DNA from: Candidatus Onthovivens sp.
Lineage (GTDB): Bacteria; Bacillota_I; Bacilli_A; RFN20; CAG-826
Assembly: GCA_048405595.1 (NCBI GenBank)
Contig: DBFJOT010000018.1
Span: forward strand, 208-64,207
Reading direction: 5' to 3'
DNA: 64,000 bases
Below, piece by piece: positions 40,026 to 49,809 of the stretch. The notes under the pieces were generated by a model, which ran no database searches, was not told the origin of the DNA, and saw nothing but the letters and a program-made list of their open reading frames with translations. The stretch's first letter is position 1, and every line of letters starts with the position of its first letter. The position numbers were made by a program, and so were the translations under genes.

Positions 40026-40771
40026 AAGTCCAAACTTTCCCGTTGCTTAGCACAAATAATGTCGATGCCATCAAGAGAAATTCCATATTCATTATAAATT
40101 CGCCTATGAGTGTTTAAAGCAATTTCTGGCGTATTACAATCTTCACTTATATGAGCTAAAACAATCTTTTTAGTTTTTGAGGAAATTAATTTAGCGATAT
40201 AATTTGCACTTTGAATATTTGATAGATGACCATGGTTTGAATAAATTCTTTCTATTAAAAATGATGGTCTACCACTATGGAAAAGCATTACTTCATCAAA
40301 ATTGGATTCAATAAAATAAACATCCGCATCAAACATTTTTCTAAAAGTTTTAACAGGTATTCTTCCTGAATCAGTCAAATATACTATTTTTTCATCTCCA
40401 GATTTTAATATATATCCACATGGATTTGTTGCATCGTGACTTGTAGAAACTGGTTCAACAAGAAAAGTATTAAATTTATATTCTTTATACGCTTTTAAAA
40501 CATGAGCATCATCTAGTGGTATTGTCCCTTTTAATGCATAGCGTTTATTTTCATCAACTAATTCATAATTTTTAATATGGTCAGAGTGATCATGAGTAAA
40601 ATATGCGAAATCGATTTGGTCTAATGAAACATTAATTTCTTCTAGTCCTTGTATTAATCTCTCTTTAGTTACTCCTAAATCAATTAATATATTAGTTTGT
40701 CCATCACTTATAAAAGTAGCGTTTCCTTTCGAACCGCTACCTATATTATGAATTCTAATCTTCATCATCAT
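40022..40771 (-). CDS. MBL-fold metallo-hydrolase (YycJ/WalJ-like)
   Basis: HxHxDH motif (HDHSDH) plus downstream His/Asp ligands. 249 aa. Confidence 0.8.
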   Translation of the reverse strand: MMMKIRIHNIGSGSKGNATFISDGQTNILIDLGVTKERLIQGLEEINVSLDQIDFAYFTHDHSDHIKNYELVDENKRYALKGTIPLDDAHVLKAYKEYKFNTFLVEPVSTSHDATNPCGYILKSGDEKIVYLTDSGRIPVKTFRKMFDADVYFIESNFDEVMLFHSGRPSFLIERIYSNHGHLSNIQSANYIAKLISSKTKKIVLAHISEDCNTPEIALNTHRRIYNEYGISLDGIDIICAKQRESLDL

Positions 40772-42221
40772 TCATTCCTTGACCAATTGCTTGGTTATAT
40801 TGTTGTTGATGAGTTCTATCGATACTACTAAATCTACCAAAGTTTTTCATAAATAAAATTTGTGATGTTCCAGTTTTACCACTTCTATTTTTAGCAACCA
40901 TTACTTCAACAATATCATTGACACTTGGCTTCATCTCTTGTTGTTCTTCTTGAGGTTTATTTTGAACTTCACCGAATTTTTTCTTAACAGGATTTAAACT
41001 AATTCCTTGGTCTGTATAATAAGAAGGTCTATATAAGAACATAACTTTATCAGCATCTTGTTCGATAGCACCACTACTTCTTAAATCGCTAAGTTGTGGT
41101 TTTTTATTATCTCTTCCTTCAGTTTGTCTATTTAACTGTGATAAACATAAAATTGGACATTCAAGCTCCATAGCTAATGTCTTTAATCGTCTTGAAAAAG
41201 CTGCAATTTTAGCTTGTTCATTGTCTTTATAGATATTTTTATCATCGTTAATTAAACCGATATAGTCGATAACAATTAAAGAAAGTGAACCTTTATTTTC
41301 TTTAAGTTTTCTCGATTTTAAAACAATATCATCAATTGAAGCACCGCTGCTATCATCAATATATAAAGGAACATTTGCTAAATCATTTTCAACTTCTTTG
41401 AGTTTTAATCTTTCATTTTTACTTAAAATTCCTTTTTGAATTGAGTCGTAACTGATACAACTTCTAAAAGCAAAAAGACGTTTAAAAATCATTTCAACAG
41501 ACATTTCCAAACTGAAAATAGCTACAGGTGAATTAGTTGATGTTGCTGCGTTATAAGCAATATTTAAAGCAAAAGCAGACTTACCAACAGCAGGACGAGC
41601 AGCCAAAATTACTAACTCACTTTTATTTAAACCATTAATAATTCCATCTAAATGTGTAAATCCAGTTGCAACACCAGTAATAGAACCTTCAATACCATAA
41701 CTTGTTTGAATTTTTTCACCAACTTGTCTAGCTGCTTCTTTAGCACTAATAAAATCACTTACCGATCTTGTGTTCGTAATTGTGTTAATTTTACTTTCTG
41801 CAGTTGCAACGAAAGTATTAATATCTTTAATTTCTTTAGTGTCGTAATCAGATTGAATTTCTTCCATAGCGAAAAGAAGTTTTCTTAATAAAGTTTTATC
41901 TTTTAAGTTCTTGATATAGAAGTTTATATTTGAGAAGTTTGTGATGTTATTTGTTAAAGAAATGAGATATTCTACTCCACCTATCGCATCAAGTTCTTTT
42001 AAATCTTTAAGTTGACTTGCGACAGTTTGAAGGTCTACTCCTTTTCCAGCATCATAAATTTGTTTCATTGCTTTATAAATTTTACGATTTATAAAATTGG
42101 AAGCATAAAAGTCTTCATCATTTAATGAAACAAGAATAGTAGCAGCTTCTTTGGCATCAAGCATAGCGATGCCTAAAAGAGTCATCTCGCTTAATTCGTC
42201 TGAAGGATATACTCTTTTCAC
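40755..42221 (-). CDS. dnaB: Replicative DNA helicase DnaB (DnaC of Bacillus) with a ~45-aa Gln/Asp-rich C-terminal tail
   Basis: 488 aa. N-terminal DnaB domain and RecA-like C-terminal domain with Walker A GARPAVGKS. The track start is a GTG with a GTGAGG Shine-Dalgarno. Confidence 0.9.
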   Translation of the reverse strand: MKRVYPSDELSEMTLLGIAMLDAKEAATILVSLNDEDFYASNFINRKIYKAMKQIYDAGKGVDLQTVASQLKDLKELDAIGGVEYLISLTNNITNFSNINFYIKNLKDKTLLRKLLFAMEEIQSDYDTKEIKDINTFVATAESKINTITNTRSVSDFISAKEAARQVGEKIQTSYGIEGSITGVATGFTHLDGIINGLNKSELVILAARPAVGKSAFALNIAYNAATSTNSPVAIFSLEMSVEMIFKRLFAFRSCISYDSIQKGILSKNERLKLKEVENDLANVPLYIDDSSGASIDDIVLKSRKLKENKGSLSLIVIDYIGLINDDKNIYKDNEQAKIAAFSRRLKTLAMELECPILCLSQLNRQTEGRDNKKPQLSDLRSSGAIEQDADKVMFLYRPSYYTDQGISLNPVKKKFGEVQNKPQEEQQEMKPSVNDIVEVMVAKNRSGKTGTSQILFMKNFGRFSSIDRTHQQQYNQAIGQGMNDDED

Positions 42222-42224
42222 GTT

Positions 42225-42674
42225 CTATTTTTCCTCACTAATGTGAATTCTAACTGTTGCAATCACACCTTTATAAAGTTCAATTTTTAAATTTGTATAA
42301 CCGAAAGCATTTAATAAAAATTTATCAATAAACTTTCTTTTATCAATTTTGATACCGTGTTTTTCAAGTAAATCTTTTTCAATTTCTTTAGTGGAAATAC
42401 TTCCAGCCATAGTTCCATCAGCATGTGCTTTAGATTTATATTCTAAAACTAAAGTATCCAATTTTTCTTTATTTCTAATAGCTTCGTTTTTTAATTCTTC
42501 TTGTCTTCTAGCTTCTTGTTCGTTTTGTCTATTAAGTTCATTTAAAGATTCGTTTGTCTTTTTAACGACAAGTTTTCTTGGAATTAAAAAGTTTTGAGCA
42601 TAACCATCAGCGACTGTTTTTGTTTCGCCTTTTTTTCCAATTCCTTTAATATCTTTTAATAAAATTACTTCCAT
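42225..42674 (-). CDS. rplI: 50S ribosomal protein L9
   Basis: MEVILLKDIKGIGKKGETKTVADGYAQNFLIP... and an AAAGGAGA Shine-Dalgarno 6 nt upstream. The track ORF is 13 codons longer. Confidence 0.9.
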   Translation of the reverse strand: MEVILLKDIKGIGKKGETKTVADGYAQNFLIPRKLVVKKTNESLNELNRQNEQEARRQEELKNEAIRNKEKLDTLVLEYKSKAHADGTMAGSISTKEIEKDLLEKHGIKIDKRKFIDKFLLNAFGYTNLKIELYKGVIATVRIHISEEK

Positions 42675-42675
42675 T

Positions 42676-44700
42676 TTAATCTCCTTTCTTAGCGCTTTCG
42701 TTTCTAGCGTCACTTAAATTAGAATTGAGAGTATCTAATAAAATTTCTTCAGCTTTTTTAACTGTAGTGTCTTTAAATAAAGCAGCTGCCATAGCGAAAT
42801 GGCCACCACCACCAAATTTTTCACATAATATTTGAACATTAACTGTTCCATCACTTCTTGCACTGATTCTAGTTTCATTTTCAGCAGTTTTAGCAATGAC
42901 AAAGCAGGCATTAACACCTTTTAATTGCATACATTGATTTGCTGCTTTAGCTAATGTTGATCGTTCGTAATAATCGTTTTCATCGCCTCTACAATAGCAA
43001 ACTCCATAGAATGGGGTTTTCATTGTATCGACAAGTTTATTAACTAAAACATATTCTTCGTATTCGTCTTTTAAGAAATCATCAGCCTTACCATTGTCTG
43101 CTCCGAATTCTTTTAAAATCATACTAGCTTCGAACGTTCTTAAACCAACTGTTTTTGACTTATAGAAGCCTGTATCAAGGAAAATTCCACTTAACATAAT
43201 AGTTGCATAGCGTTCATCAAGGGTGATTTCGTTATTTTCGCTATTATATCTAATAATTTCAGCAACAAGTTCACTCGCACTTGAAGCACTAGTTTCAATT
43301 TGGCTAAGAACTGGTTTTTCAATAAAATCTTCAGCTCTACGATGATGATCAATAACAACAACTTTGTCCGTAATTTCTAAAATCTTTGGACACATTGTCA
43401 TTCTTGGTCTACTGACATCGCAAACAATAACTAAAGATGTAGGTTTAATTTTATCTGGAGCATCTTTTGGCGAAACGACCATTTTAGATAATTCATCAGG
43501 TGAGAATGTTGTAATAAGAGCACTCTTTGTTTTTCGTTCAGTAAGTTTTCCATCATAAACGATTACTGATGGTCTTTTACAATATTCACAAATAGCTTTT
43601 ACGCCAAGACAACTTCCTAAAGCGTCCATATCCATGTCTTGGTGACCCATAATAACAACGTTTGAACTTCTTTTAATAAGAGAAATTAATGAGTTAGCAA
43701 AAACTCTGACTTTAACCTTACTTCTATTTTCAACAGCTTCAGTTTTACCACCATAAAATTTGAGTTCGCTTCCATATTGCGAAACTACTGCTTGGTCACC
43801 GCCTCTACTCATCGCAATTTCAATAGCGTTACTAGCCATTTCATTTAATTTATTTACATCAGGGAATCCATGAGCTAAGCCAATTGATAATGTTGGTCTT
43901 GTATCTTCTCTAACATTCATTTTTCTAATTTTATCCAAAATAGAAAAATTATCGTTTTCCATTTTCTTTAATGAATTAAAATTACAAACCGCAAAATATG
44001 AATCACTTCTAATTGAACGAAGTAAAATTTCATAATCTTTTGCCCAGTCACTAATATAGTTTTTAACGTGAGTAATCGTATCATCACTTCCTTCGCCAAT
44101 TTGAGTAATGTCGTTATAATTATCAATATTAATAATGCCAACACAAGTTGCTTGATCTTCGTTAAATTTTCTTAAAGCTTCGTATTCCGAATTATCTTTA
44201 AATATAAAAAGACCAGCAGTTCTTAAAAATTTTACAGCGTAATCATAATTTCCGACAGTAACTACCATTGTGTCGCCGGTTTCTTTTTCAATGAAATCTT
44301 TTAATTTAGGACACCAATCATATATGCTTTGATTAACTAAATTTATAGATCTTTGTACAAACAAATCACTAATCCAGAGAACTGTACCTTCTTCATCAAC
44401 AACAGCAAAACCTAATTTACCAAATAAGTAAGCTTCTTGAATATCGTTGCCTACAATATCGCTTGTTCTAATATCACTTTTTTGTCTAAGTCTAAAAACT
44501 CTAAACATAATTGACCATATAAAGAAACAATCAGCGATAGCAATAATAGAGCATGTGTATGCTATATGTTCAGGTAAAACATATGCATCCATATTAAATG
44601 CATTAAATAAATAAAGTGATAAAAATATACCAACAAATATAAGTTGGACTAATGTAACAACTAAAACTTCTATTTTGATTTTGTTAATTTTCTTCTGCAT
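42676..44700 (-). CDS. gdpP: Cyclic-di-AMP phosphodiesterase GdpP (2 TM, PAS, degenerate GGDEF, DHH/DHHA1)
   Basis: 674 aa. N-terminal 2 TM, DHH motif (VVIDHHRR) and a GGGH DHHA1 motif. The conserved gdpP-rplI-dnaB order supports the call. Confidence 0.85.
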   Translation of the reverse strand: MQKKINKIKIEVLVVTLVQLIFVGIFLSLYLFNAFNMDAYVLPEHIAYTCSIIAIADCFFIWSIMFRVFRLRQKSDIRTSDIVGNDIQEAYLFGKLGFAVVDEEGTVLWISDLFVQRSINLVNQSIYDWCPKLKDFIEKETGDTMVVTVGNYDYAVKFLRTAGLFIFKDNSEYEALRKFNEDQATCVGIINIDNYNDITQIGEGSDDTITHVKNYISDWAKDYEILLRSIRSDSYFAVCNFNSLKKMENDNFSILDKIRKMNVREDTRPTLSIGLAHGFPDVNKLNEMASNAIEIAMSRGGDQAVVSQYGSELKFYGGKTEAVENRSKVKVRVFANSLISLIKRSSNVVIMGHQDMDMDALGSCLGVKAICEYCKRPSVIVYDGKLTERKTKSALITTFSPDELSKMVVSPKDAPDKIKPTSLVIVCDVSRPRMTMCPKILEITDKVVVIDHHRRAEDFIEKPVLSQIETSASSASELVAEIIRYNSENNEITLDERYATIMLSGIFLDTGFYKSKTVGLRTFEASMILKEFGADNGKADDFLKDEYEEYVLVNKLVDTMKTPFYGVCYCRGDENDYYERSTLAKAANQCMQLKGVNACFVIAKTAENETRISARSDGTVNVQILCEKFGGGGHFAMAAALFKDTTVKKAEEILLDTLNSNLSDARNESAKKGD

Positions 44701-44845
44701 AATTTTGTCCTTTTATTATTATATAATAACTGACTTAATTGGTGAAATGTTTTAGGGGTAAAAAAGATACATATGAATCAACTACTTTTTATTATTTTTA
44801 TATTTTTAAATCAGCCAACATTTATAGATATTTTATTTATCTAAT

Positions 44846-44878
44846 AAAAAAGAGAGCATATTTCGCTCTCGACTTTTT
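44846..44878. terminator. Bidirectional intrinsic terminator downstream of the 45-aa small ORF
   Basis: AAAAAA-GAGAGC-atatttc-GCTCTC-gacTTTTT. Confidence 0.6.
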
Positions 44879-44947
44879 AGAAGTTTTTCATCTTTATAAT
44901 CACTAATTAGTACAATCAGTCGATTATAAAGACCATTTGTTGCTTCA

Positions 44948-45085
44948 TTACTTGTTGGTGTAGTTTAACCAATCAAAATAAGTAACGTAACTATCAAAAA
45001 ACTTTAACATCCCATTTTCATTTCTGTTTGGTCTATCGTTTGTGGAGTTACGTTTACTTATTTTTCTAACAATTTTAGAAAACAT
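44948..45085 (-). CDS. Putative small protein (45 aa) encoded between the rpsR terminator and the gdpP promoter
   Basis: ATG preceded by AAAGGAGAAAAG. Encodes MFSKIVRKISKRNSTNDRPNRNENGMLKFFDSYVTYFDWLNYTNK. Its own terminator lies ~75 nt downstream. It is below the ORF-track length cut-off. Confidence 0.3.
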   Translation of the reverse strand: MFSKIVRKISKRNSTNDRPNRNENGMLKFFDSYVTYFDWLNYTNK

Positions 45086-45243
45086 AAGTACTCTTTTCTC
45101 CTTTCATTTTTCAAGGCTGGGTGACCTTGAGTATTAAAAGATACACCTATTAAAAAAATATGTAAAGCATTTTGTATATTTAATAAAAACTTCTAGATTA
45201 ACTAATTACGTAATAAAGATTCTTCGTTTTTAGTTTAGGCATG

Positions 45244-45270
45244 AAAAAAGATCTAGGTTAACCTAGATCT
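45244..45270 (-). terminator. Intrinsic terminator of the rpsF-ssb-rpsR operon
   Basis: Perfect 22-bp palindrome AGATCTAGGTTAACCTAGATCT followed (on the minus strand) by TTTTTT. Confidence 0.85.
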
Positions 45271-45311
45271 TATTTAAATATAATTCTGTTATTCTATACA
45301 AACAACTTTAT

Positions 45312-45539
45312 TTAGTCTTGAATGTATGGAAGTAAAGCCATATAACGTGCATTTTTAATAGCTTTTGCTAATTGACGTTGATATTTAGCGCTTGTTCCTG
45401 TCATTCTACGTGCACTAATTTTACCACTTGGAGTGATAAATTTCTTTAAAGTTTCAATATCTTTATAATCGATATGTTTAATCTTGTTTTTTGTAAAATA
45501 ACAAATCTTCTTCTTTGGTCTTTTCTTTAAGTATGCCAT
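45312..45539 (-). CDS. rpsR: 30S ribosomal protein S18
   Basis: 75 aa. ...[32 protein letters not shown]... Confidence 0.95.
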   Translation of the reverse strand: MAYLKKRPKKKICYFTKNKIKHIDYKDIETLKKFITPSGKISARRMTGTSAKYQRQLAKAIKNARYMALLPYIQD

Positions 45540-45556
45540 TTTTAATTCCTTTCTAC

Positions 45557-46006
45557 CTAGAATGGTAAATCGTCATCAGCTAAATCGCCATCGTTAGAAT
45601 CTTTGAAGATATCATCGACTTGAGGTTCATCAGCTTCAAATGCGTTTGTTTGCATTGATGGTTGTTGATAACCAGTTGTGTTTTGATTCTTAGAGCCAAA
45701 CAAAGTAACAGAATCAACGATAATATCGATTGTAGAAGCGTTGCTTCCATCTTTTCTAACGTATTTTCTTTCTTGAAGTGATCCTTCAATTCCGACTTGT
45801 GTACCTTTTTGACAATATTTAGAAATAAATTCTGCATTTTGTCTCCAAGCTGTACAGTTAATAAAACTACTTGTTTTTTCTCCGTTAGGACCTTTTGACT
45901 TATTGTCAAATGCTAATGTGAAACTCATAACTGAGATTCCGTTAGGTGTAGTTCTTAATTCTGGTGCTTTTGTTAGTCTTCCGACTATGATAACTCTATT
46001 AATCAT
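45557..46006 (-). CDS. ssb: Single-stranded DNA-binding protein
   Basis: OB-fold N-terminus ([23 protein letters not shown]), a Gln/Gly-rich linker and an acidic tip DDDLPF. Confidence 0.95.
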   Translation of the reverse strand: MINRVIIVGRLTKAPELRTTPNGISVMSFTLAFDNKSKGPNGEKTSSFINCTAWRQNAEFISKYCQKGTQVGIEGSLQERKYVRKDGSNASTIDIIVDSVTLFGSKNQNTTGYQQPSMQTNAFEADEPQVDDIFKDSNDGDLADDDLPF

Positions 46007-46019
46007 TGTGTCTCCTTTA

Positions 46020-46307
46020 TTAATCTTGATCGACTAAGACTAATGTTCTTAAAACATTGTTGTCGAATCTTGTAAGACGATCGAATTCTTTAAGAGCAAC
46101 ACTGTCTGTTTCAACTTTGACAACGACATAGAAACCTTTAGTTTCTTTTTTAATTTCGTAAGCTAATTCTCTTAAACCCCATTCATTAACGTTAGCGATT
46201 TTACCACCGTTAGCTGTGAGGATTCCGTGAAGCTTTTCGATTTCAGCTTTTCTAGCTGCGTCATCAAGGCTGGACTTAAGAATGTACATAATTTCGTACT
46301 TTTTCAT
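46020..46307 (-). CDS. rpsF: 30S ribosomal protein S6
   Basis: 95 aa. MKKYEIMYIL... Conserved rpsF-ssb-rpsR order. Confidence 0.95.
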   Translation of the reverse strand: MKKYEIMYILKSSLDDAARKAEIEKLHGILTANGGKIANVNEWGLRELAYEIKKETKGFYVVVKVETDSVALKEFDRLTRFDNNVLRTLVLVDQD

Positions 46308-46733
46308 TTTACTTACCTCCCTTTGGACTATCTGGCTCTAATCATTTAGTTAGAGCAGAGAAGATGCATATATATAAAAGATATAAAATGCTATAAAAGT
46401 ATACCGAAATCATATGAAAATGTAAAGCGTCACTTTTTGGGTCTTCAACCGTATTTCATTAATCACAAAAGTTACAAAAATGAATTTTTTCAAAATTTCT
46501 TATTTTATATTCATTTTATTTATTAAATTTATCTTCTTTAATGAAAAACTTATGCCAATTACCAAAAAGTATCTTACGTTTATATAAAATATAGTAGAAA
46601 TAGTTTAAAGCAAAATTTTAATGAAATAAGAACATTCACTTTTTATATTCACTTATAAACAATTTAAATATAGTTTTTTGTTGTGAATTTTATATAATAT
46701 TTTAAAATATAATAAAAGGTTACAAAAAATAAT

Positions 46734-48731
46734 ATGGGACTAATTTTATCGACATTGGGAGTTGCAGCACTCTCTTTAGCATCTTCATCAAACTTACGCC
46801 GCTTTACTGATTCACCGAACAGCTATCATCTCACCGAAAACGACACAGCATCAAACACAAACAATAATGTAGATGAAGCACAAAGCTTAATTCCGAGTGA
46901 CTATTTGGAAAAGCAAAATATATCAACCGTATTAAAGGCGAATGTGCACAATAAAGCATTAATTGACGACATAGATTATTTTTATTTAGACTATAAATCA
47001 GATGTATCATTCACAATAGACACATTAAACCCTAACGATATACAAACTTTATTTTTAACTTATTATTATGATCATTATTACCCTAACGGGAATCTTGGTA
47101 ACGTTACTGACGAATTCATTCAACTCAATACTAATTATACATATACATTAAATCCAGGAACCTACTATTTTTATCTTAAAAAATGTAATTCTACAAAAAA
47201 CGTTGTAAATATTATAGATTACACTCTATCATTGGATATTTCTAAGAAAATCGAAAATGAAGAATATGACATTTTTAAAGAAATTTATACAAAATCTACA
47301 AACGGATTAATATGGCTTAATGATGCTTTTGTTTTAAATTCTTTCTCGCTTTTTAATGTTGCAAACAGCACCATAAAAATCGATTATTTAAAAGATGAAT
47401 TATTTAATGCTTACAGGAATTTTTCTAACGGGCAAAAAATAAAATTAGCAACCATCTATGTTTGGCAGCAAGACGCTCTTGAAAGTTTCATTAATTTATT
47501 CGAAGGTCTAGACAAAGCTTTTAGAAACCAACTATCATCCTTGCAAGACCAAGAAAAAATAGCACTAAATACTGTAAATATAATAAATAAGGGAGTTAAT
47601 GTGGCTATCTCATTAGCTTTAAAAGCGGCAAACGCCACATACGCCGTTGAGTTTTTAATCAATTCTGTGTCTGAACAGCTTTTCGATTTACTTAGACTGT
47701 GTGTGAAAATGTCTTTCACAAGCGAGGTACAAACACTTAAAGATACAATAATAAACATTAATGTGCTTTTGGATTCTTTCAAAAATACACTAGCAATAAA
47801 TATAGACAATTCTATAACCGGGATTCTTGGACTAAATTTATTTTATTCATTCACGAATAAAGGTATTAAAATCGATTTAGGAACAGTGCTAGAAAAGAAT
47901 CTATATTCCTTCACTTCTTCACATTCAGTATTAACGGTAAGTACGAATCCGTCCCCTAACGAATCTATACTTAACCATGGTCATTTATATAATTTTACAA
48001 ATTTTAATAATAATATTGATTTTTCAACCTTAGTTCCAATTTCAAAAATTATTTACATAAGTCCGCAAATAAATAACATTTACATAGATTTGCCTTTAGC
48101 ATTTAATTTCAAATTTAGACATTTTGTCCGGTTTAAATTTCAAGCTGAGCAAGAAAATACATATCACTTTTCCATTTATGCTTCATCAAAGAAAAACAAT
48201 CCTCTAAATCTAAAAGCTGATTTATTTACTGCTTATTGTGATGCTTATAAATATGAAAATTTCCTTGAGCAAAAAAGCGGTTCTTTTGAGACAGCTATTA
48301 CTGACGACGAAGGTATTTTTTTTACTAAAAATTTAAAAGCAGGTGACTCTCTATTAATAAGAGTTAACAATAACAACTTTGAATCATCGTGTGTTGACGG
48401 CAACATTGTAGTTGGTACAGCTCCATTATCATCAATACAGCACAACCACGAATATAATGTCTATTCTTATCTCGATGGTATATCTCATTATGCAATTTGT
48501 AAATGTGGTCATAAAATAAAAGAGAAACATGTTGTAAGAATAAGGCCAAATTCAATAGGAGGTCGACCTTTACGCAAATGCGCTAAATGTGGAGGAAAAA
48601 TTACTCCTTTTAATCCTCTTGAACCACAAAAAACTTACATCTCTAAGAGTGGATCATACTATGAAAATGATATTCTTTATTTAACTGAAACTGACTACAA
48701 AAGATATATTGAAGGGAATTTTGTATTATGA
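46734..48731 (+). CDS. Hypothetical secreted protein (665 aa) with an N-terminal signal peptide and a C-terminal Cys4 zinc-ribbon-like motif. Unusual codon usage.
   Basis: The signal peptide is MGLILSTLGVAALSLASSS. The body is Asn/Tyr/Thr-rich. The C-terminus reads ...HNHEYNVYSYLDGISHYAICKCGHK...RKCAKCGGKITPF. I recognise no family. Confidence 0.5.
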   Translation: MGLILSTLGVAALSLASSSNLRRFTDSPNSYHLTENDTASNTNNNVDEAQSLIPSDYLEKQNISTVLKANVHNKALIDDIDYFYLDYKSDVSFTIDTLNPNDIQTLFLTYYYDHYYPNGNLGNVTDEFIQLNTNYTYTLNPGTYYFYLKKCNSTKNVVNIIDYTLSLDISKKIENEEYDIFKEIYTKSTNGLIWLNDAFVLNSFSLFNVANSTIKIDYLKDELFNAYRNFSNGQKIKLATIYVWQQDALESFINLFEGLDKAFRNQLSSLQDQEKIALNTVNIINKGVNVAISLALKAANATYAVEFLINSVSEQLFDLLRLCVKMSFTSEVQTLKDTIININVLLDSFKNTLAINIDNSITGILGLNLFYSFTNKGIKIDLGTVLEKNLYSFTSSHSVLTVSTNPSPNESILNHGHLYNFTNFNNNIDFSTLVPISKIIYISPQINNIYIDLPLAFNFKFRHFVRFKFQAEQENTYHFSIYASSKKNNPLNLKADLFTAYCDAYKYENFLEQKSGSFETAITDDEGIFFTKNLKAGDSLLIRVNNNNFESSCVDGNIVVGTAPLSSIQHNHEYNVYSYLDGISHYAICKCGHKIKEKHVVRIRPNSIGGRPLRKCAKCGGKITPFNPLEPQKTYISKSGSYYENDILYLTETDYKRYIEGNFVL

Positions 48732-49561
48732 AAAGAAAATTAATAATAGCAGTATGCATATTAATAAGTACTTCTTCCTGTAAAAGTAACGACAACTCTT
48801 CATTGACAAAATCTAAAATCGAAGAATTCTTTTCAAAGCGGGATTTTCAAAGTTACAAGCTTTACGATTTTAAAGCTAGTATGACAGTTGTAAACTTAAA
48901 TAATTCTGATATCGTTAAAATACATCAGTTAAATGGTTCATTAGAATTATCACTAAAATCCTTAAGCCATTTCGATAACAATATTAAGCGAATATATATC
49001 GAAGAAACAACTGGCTATACAGATCTTAAAAAAGAAAGTTACGATAAAGATTTATTCTACAAGAGCATTACTTGGGCAGATGAAAACGGAGTTTGTATTG
49101 AAACGTTCGATAATTTTGCTTTTGAATCACACCATAAATTTTTCTGTAACAAAGATTTAAAGAATTTTACTTTTAAACTCGTTTATTTCAACGCAAACGA
49201 AGTTTATAGATTGCAGAATTTTAAACGGCGCATAGAAAATAATGAATACCTAATGTCTACTGCTTCATCATCTATTTGCGGGAGAATTTCTCGTTACACT
49301 TACGCAGATCCGTTTCAAACAAAATTCGGTGTAGGATTAACAGTACATAAAGATGATGGCGTTACAATAGATTGTATGGCGCATTTTGTTGCCCATGACG
49401 TAAATAAACCTTTAATAAAATCCCCTCTTAGTGATATAACTTTTATTCCTACCAATTTCTTACCACCACAAAAAAGCAAAACGTATGAATTTGATTTATT
49501 TTACAATCATGACTATCTCAATGATATAGTTTTAAACATCATCACCCCTTATTCTTTTTAA
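48728..49561 (+). CDS. Hypothetical lipoprotein (277 aa), translationally coupled to the preceding gene
   Basis: The signal peptide has lipobox-like ILISTSS-C. Its start overlaps the upstream stop (ATGA). Confidence 0.5.
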   Translation: MKRKLIIAVCILISTSSCKSNDNSSLTKSKIEEFFSKRDFQSYKLYDFKASMTVVNLNNSDIVKIHQLNGSLELSLKSLSHFDNNIKRIYIEETTGYTDLKKESYDKDLFYKSITWADENGVCIETFDNFAFESHHKFFCNKDLKNFTFKLVYFNANEVYRLQNFKRRIENNEYLMSTASSSICGRISRYTYADPFQTKFGVGLTVHKDDGVTIDCMAHFVAHDVNKPLIKSPLSDITFIPTNFLPPQKSKTYEFDLFYNHDYLNDIVLNIITPYSF

Positions 49562-49744
49562 AACTAACTAATAAACATAGCGCTTAACAATTAAGTGTTA
49601 TCTGATTAAAAACCATCGTGTCTTTAATTATATTTTATTAAAAATTTTCTGACATCAAATTTCAAAATAATGCTAAATTCTTTCGACTACATCGATGTTC
49701 TAACAATATCAAGAGAAACTGATATGTGCTTATTTTAACGTTTT

Positions 49745-49785
49745 AAAAGGCTAATCGCTTTATTACGACTAGCCTTTTATGTTTT
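49745..49785. terminator. Bidirectional terminator between the lipoprotein gene (+) and lysS (-)
   Basis: AAAAGGCTA-17 nt loop-TAGCCTTTT, with T-runs on both strands. Confidence 0.65.
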
Positions 49786-49809
49786 TCATAAATTACAATC
49801 TTCTTATTT

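Noticed and set aside
48380-48400. HNHE tetrapeptide in the 665-aa secreted protein, as a possible HNH nuclease motif
   Set aside because: It is a single short match without the surrounding beta-beta-alpha-metal spacing. The adjacent Cys4 could be a treble clef, but the evidence is too thin to call a nuclease.
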